Below, piece by piece: positions 62,131 to 64,000 of a stretch of 64,000 bases of DNA (position 1 is its first letter; each line of letters starts with the position of its first letter). Location: the NCBI RefSeq assembly GCF_006345805.1, contig NC_042998.1, positions 135,408,001 to 135,472,000 on the forward strand. The letters are read 5' to 3'. Source of the stretch: Octopus sinensis (lineage: Eukaryota). The notes under the pieces are model-generated. The model was not told the origin of the DNA. It saw nothing but the letters and a program-made list of their open reading frames with translations, and did no database searches. The position numbers were made by a program, and so were the translations under genes.

Positions 62131-62850
62131 TTACAGCAATTTAATGATATCTTGCATATTAGAAATGACTGAATCTTCAGAAACCTCATCAGGTAGTGGA
62201 ATGTCTGGATTGTTCTGGAAAAAGATTGGTCTGAGCCCAGCATTTTTAGCCCCTAGGTAGTCGTTTGTAAGATCGTCACCTACATGAATGGTTTCCTCAG
62301 CTTTCGTGTTACCAAGATGTAAAGCTTTTTTAAAAATGTCAGCGTCAGGTTTAGCTACTTTTTCTACCGAAGAACAAAGAATAAAGTTAAAATAATTTGC
62401 TATACCAAGATCAGTTAGAATTTTGGGAAGGCGATTGTCAAAATTGGAAACTATGCCAAGTTTCAAACCTTTATCTTTCAAGAGTGCCAGACCTTCTTCA
62501 GAACCTGGAATCACTTCCCATCCTCGGTTCGAAGCAAAAAATGTGTAGATATCGTTAGCAACTTTAGACAATACCTCTGGATCAGTACTCTTCTTATCAC
62601 ACACTGACAGTAAGCTACTTTTCATAACCTCGGTCCACCATTTCTGAGAAGTTAGGCCCTGGTTGACGCCATAGTTAGGATAATCTTTATTCATCTGTTT
62701 CCATGCGGTTTTGAATGCTTTGTTAACTTCATCTGTATTGGCATATATGCCGTGTTGGTTTGCAACACGGCCATATTGTAATCCTACACTGCCCATCACA
62801 CGAATCAATGTATTTGTAGCGTCGAACGTTACCAGTTTATACAAAGACAT
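62131..62850 (-). CDS. HDHD3: Haloacid dehalogenase-like hydrolase domain-containing protein 3 (Reg-2-like), 239 aa, single coding exon
   Basis: HAD motifs LVTFDATNTL (I), IVSNFD (II), KPDADIF (III), HVGDDLTNDYLGA (IV). The ATG at 62850 directly follows a pyrimidine tract and cag acceptor, so the longer ORF-track start at 62898 is probably intronic. Confidence 0.9.
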   Translation of the reverse strand: MSLYKLVTFDATNTLIRVMGSVGLQYGRVANQHGIYANTDEVNKAFKTAWKQMNKDYPNYGVNQGLTSQKWWTEVMKSSLLSVCDKKSTDPEVLSKVANDIYTFFASNRGWEVIPGSEEGLALLKDKGLKLGIVSNFDNRLPKILTDLGIANYFNFILCSSVEKVAKPDADIFKKALHLGNTKAEETIHVGDDLTNDYLGAKNAGLRPIFFQNNPDIPLPDEVSEDSVISNMQDIIKLL

Positions 62851-64000
62851 CTGCAATCGGAAGAAAGAAGGAAGTCCAGAATTAATACAATTAAACATTC
62901 ATATAGATAATATACAATTGACACGATATTCCATACAACTAGTTGATGTTATCTGAGAACTCTCGGTACCACTCGTTCGTAGAAAGAAAAAGATATAGAG
63001 GAAATATTTTCTCAAAAGCTAAATCAAGTAAAGTGATGTGTTCTGATGAATAAATAATAACAGTTTCTGATTTAGGCATAAAGCTAATAATTTTGAGGGA
63101 AAAAGAATTTCATCATTACCATCGATATCATGTATTTAACAGGCAGTTTATTTGATCGCCTCCGAAAGTATGAAAGCTAAAGTTGACATCGGCGAGATTT
63201 GAATTCAGAATGTAAAGGCCCGGAAGAAATACCCCAAGGCATTTTGTTCGACGTTTCGCCGCTTAACCCATAGAGCGCTGGGATTTTCACTTGCATAGCA
63301 TGGACTGCTGAGCATGAGACTACCATACACACATAAAAACCAAAAAATAGTTAAAATATCTTCTTTGTATATAATGGTAGCAAGATTTACATCGTCTGAA
63401 AAGTCATTAGTTGAACTATTAGTCCTCTCGCATTCTGGGGGGTATCGGAGCGTTTGAGTAACATTAGACTCTAAGTAACGCCCATAAATTAAATACATTT
63501 ATCTGGGCCATGATCGTGGCCTGTCGACCTGTGCCTGATGGGCACGATCGTGGCCCATCGCGCTTTATGTATTAAATAATATTTGTTTCTAATTTAGGTA
63601 CAATGCCAGAGTTTGAAAGAGGTTTGTCAATACCATAAAACCCAATGCTTGACCAGTATTTTTATATTATTGATCCCGGTGGGATGAAAGGCAAAGCTGA
63701 CCCCGGTGGAATTTGATCTTAGAACTTAAAGAGCTGGCAAAATATTACATGGCATTTTGTGATTTCGGCACAAGACAAGTAGATTTTAGAGAAAGGGTTT
63801 AGTCAATCGACTCTAGAATTTGACTAGTAATTTGTTTTATCGACCCAGAAGGACGAAAGCAAAGTTGACTTCGACAGGATTTTAACTGAATAGGTTGGAA
63901 GCAGGAGGTATGTATGTGTGTGTGTGCGTGGGGGAACTCAAGGGCTACCCCACTGTATCTCGTGGCCCTTTGGTACCTTTAGCAGAGCCCACTGTGTTGC

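Larger units (their letters stand above)
47580..64000 (-). mobile_element. Dense cluster of SINE family B copies, nearly all minus strand (47580, 47795, 49437, 53190, 53305, 53845, 54405, 55840, 56068, 61077, 63065, 63585, 63765; plus-strand copy at 52895-53110)
   Basis: Repeated ..ggtac(t)tattttatcgacc..aaaggatgaaaggcaaagtcgacctcggcggaatttgaactcagaac; start positions are approximate. Confidence 0.8.

Overview
AT-rich, microsatellite-saturated eukaryotic DNA. I infer a cephalopod (Octopus-like) genome from recalled repeat families, not from a search. Two protein-coding genes lie on the minus strand. (1) HDHD3/Reg-2-like HAD hydrolase with one coding exon (62131-62850). (2) A spliced, secreted CRISP-like protein (signal peptide + CAP/SCP domain + Cys-rich hinge + ShKT domain). 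I assembled it by hand from 8 phase-compatible GT-AG exons between 56874 and 21974 (881 nt, 293 codons + 2 nt); the terminal exon was not found. The ORF track shows only fragments of it. All four canonical CAP metal-site residues are substituted. The rest is transposon-derived: several tRNA-derived SINE families, RTE and R4/Dong LINE remnants, Penelope-like elements (PLEs), mariner/Tc1 relics, a Helitron, and hAT- and piggyBac-type MITEs. The most interesting non-coding signals are: (a) fold-back, MITE-looking hairpins whose arms are hammerhead-ribozyme-bearing PLE terminal repeats, one with a fully intact type I hammerhead core (39235-39323); and (b) a 1016-bp retroposed element encoding only a gag-like CCHC protein, inserted with a perfect 15-bp target-site duplication into a SINE head inside an intron of the CRISP-like gene.
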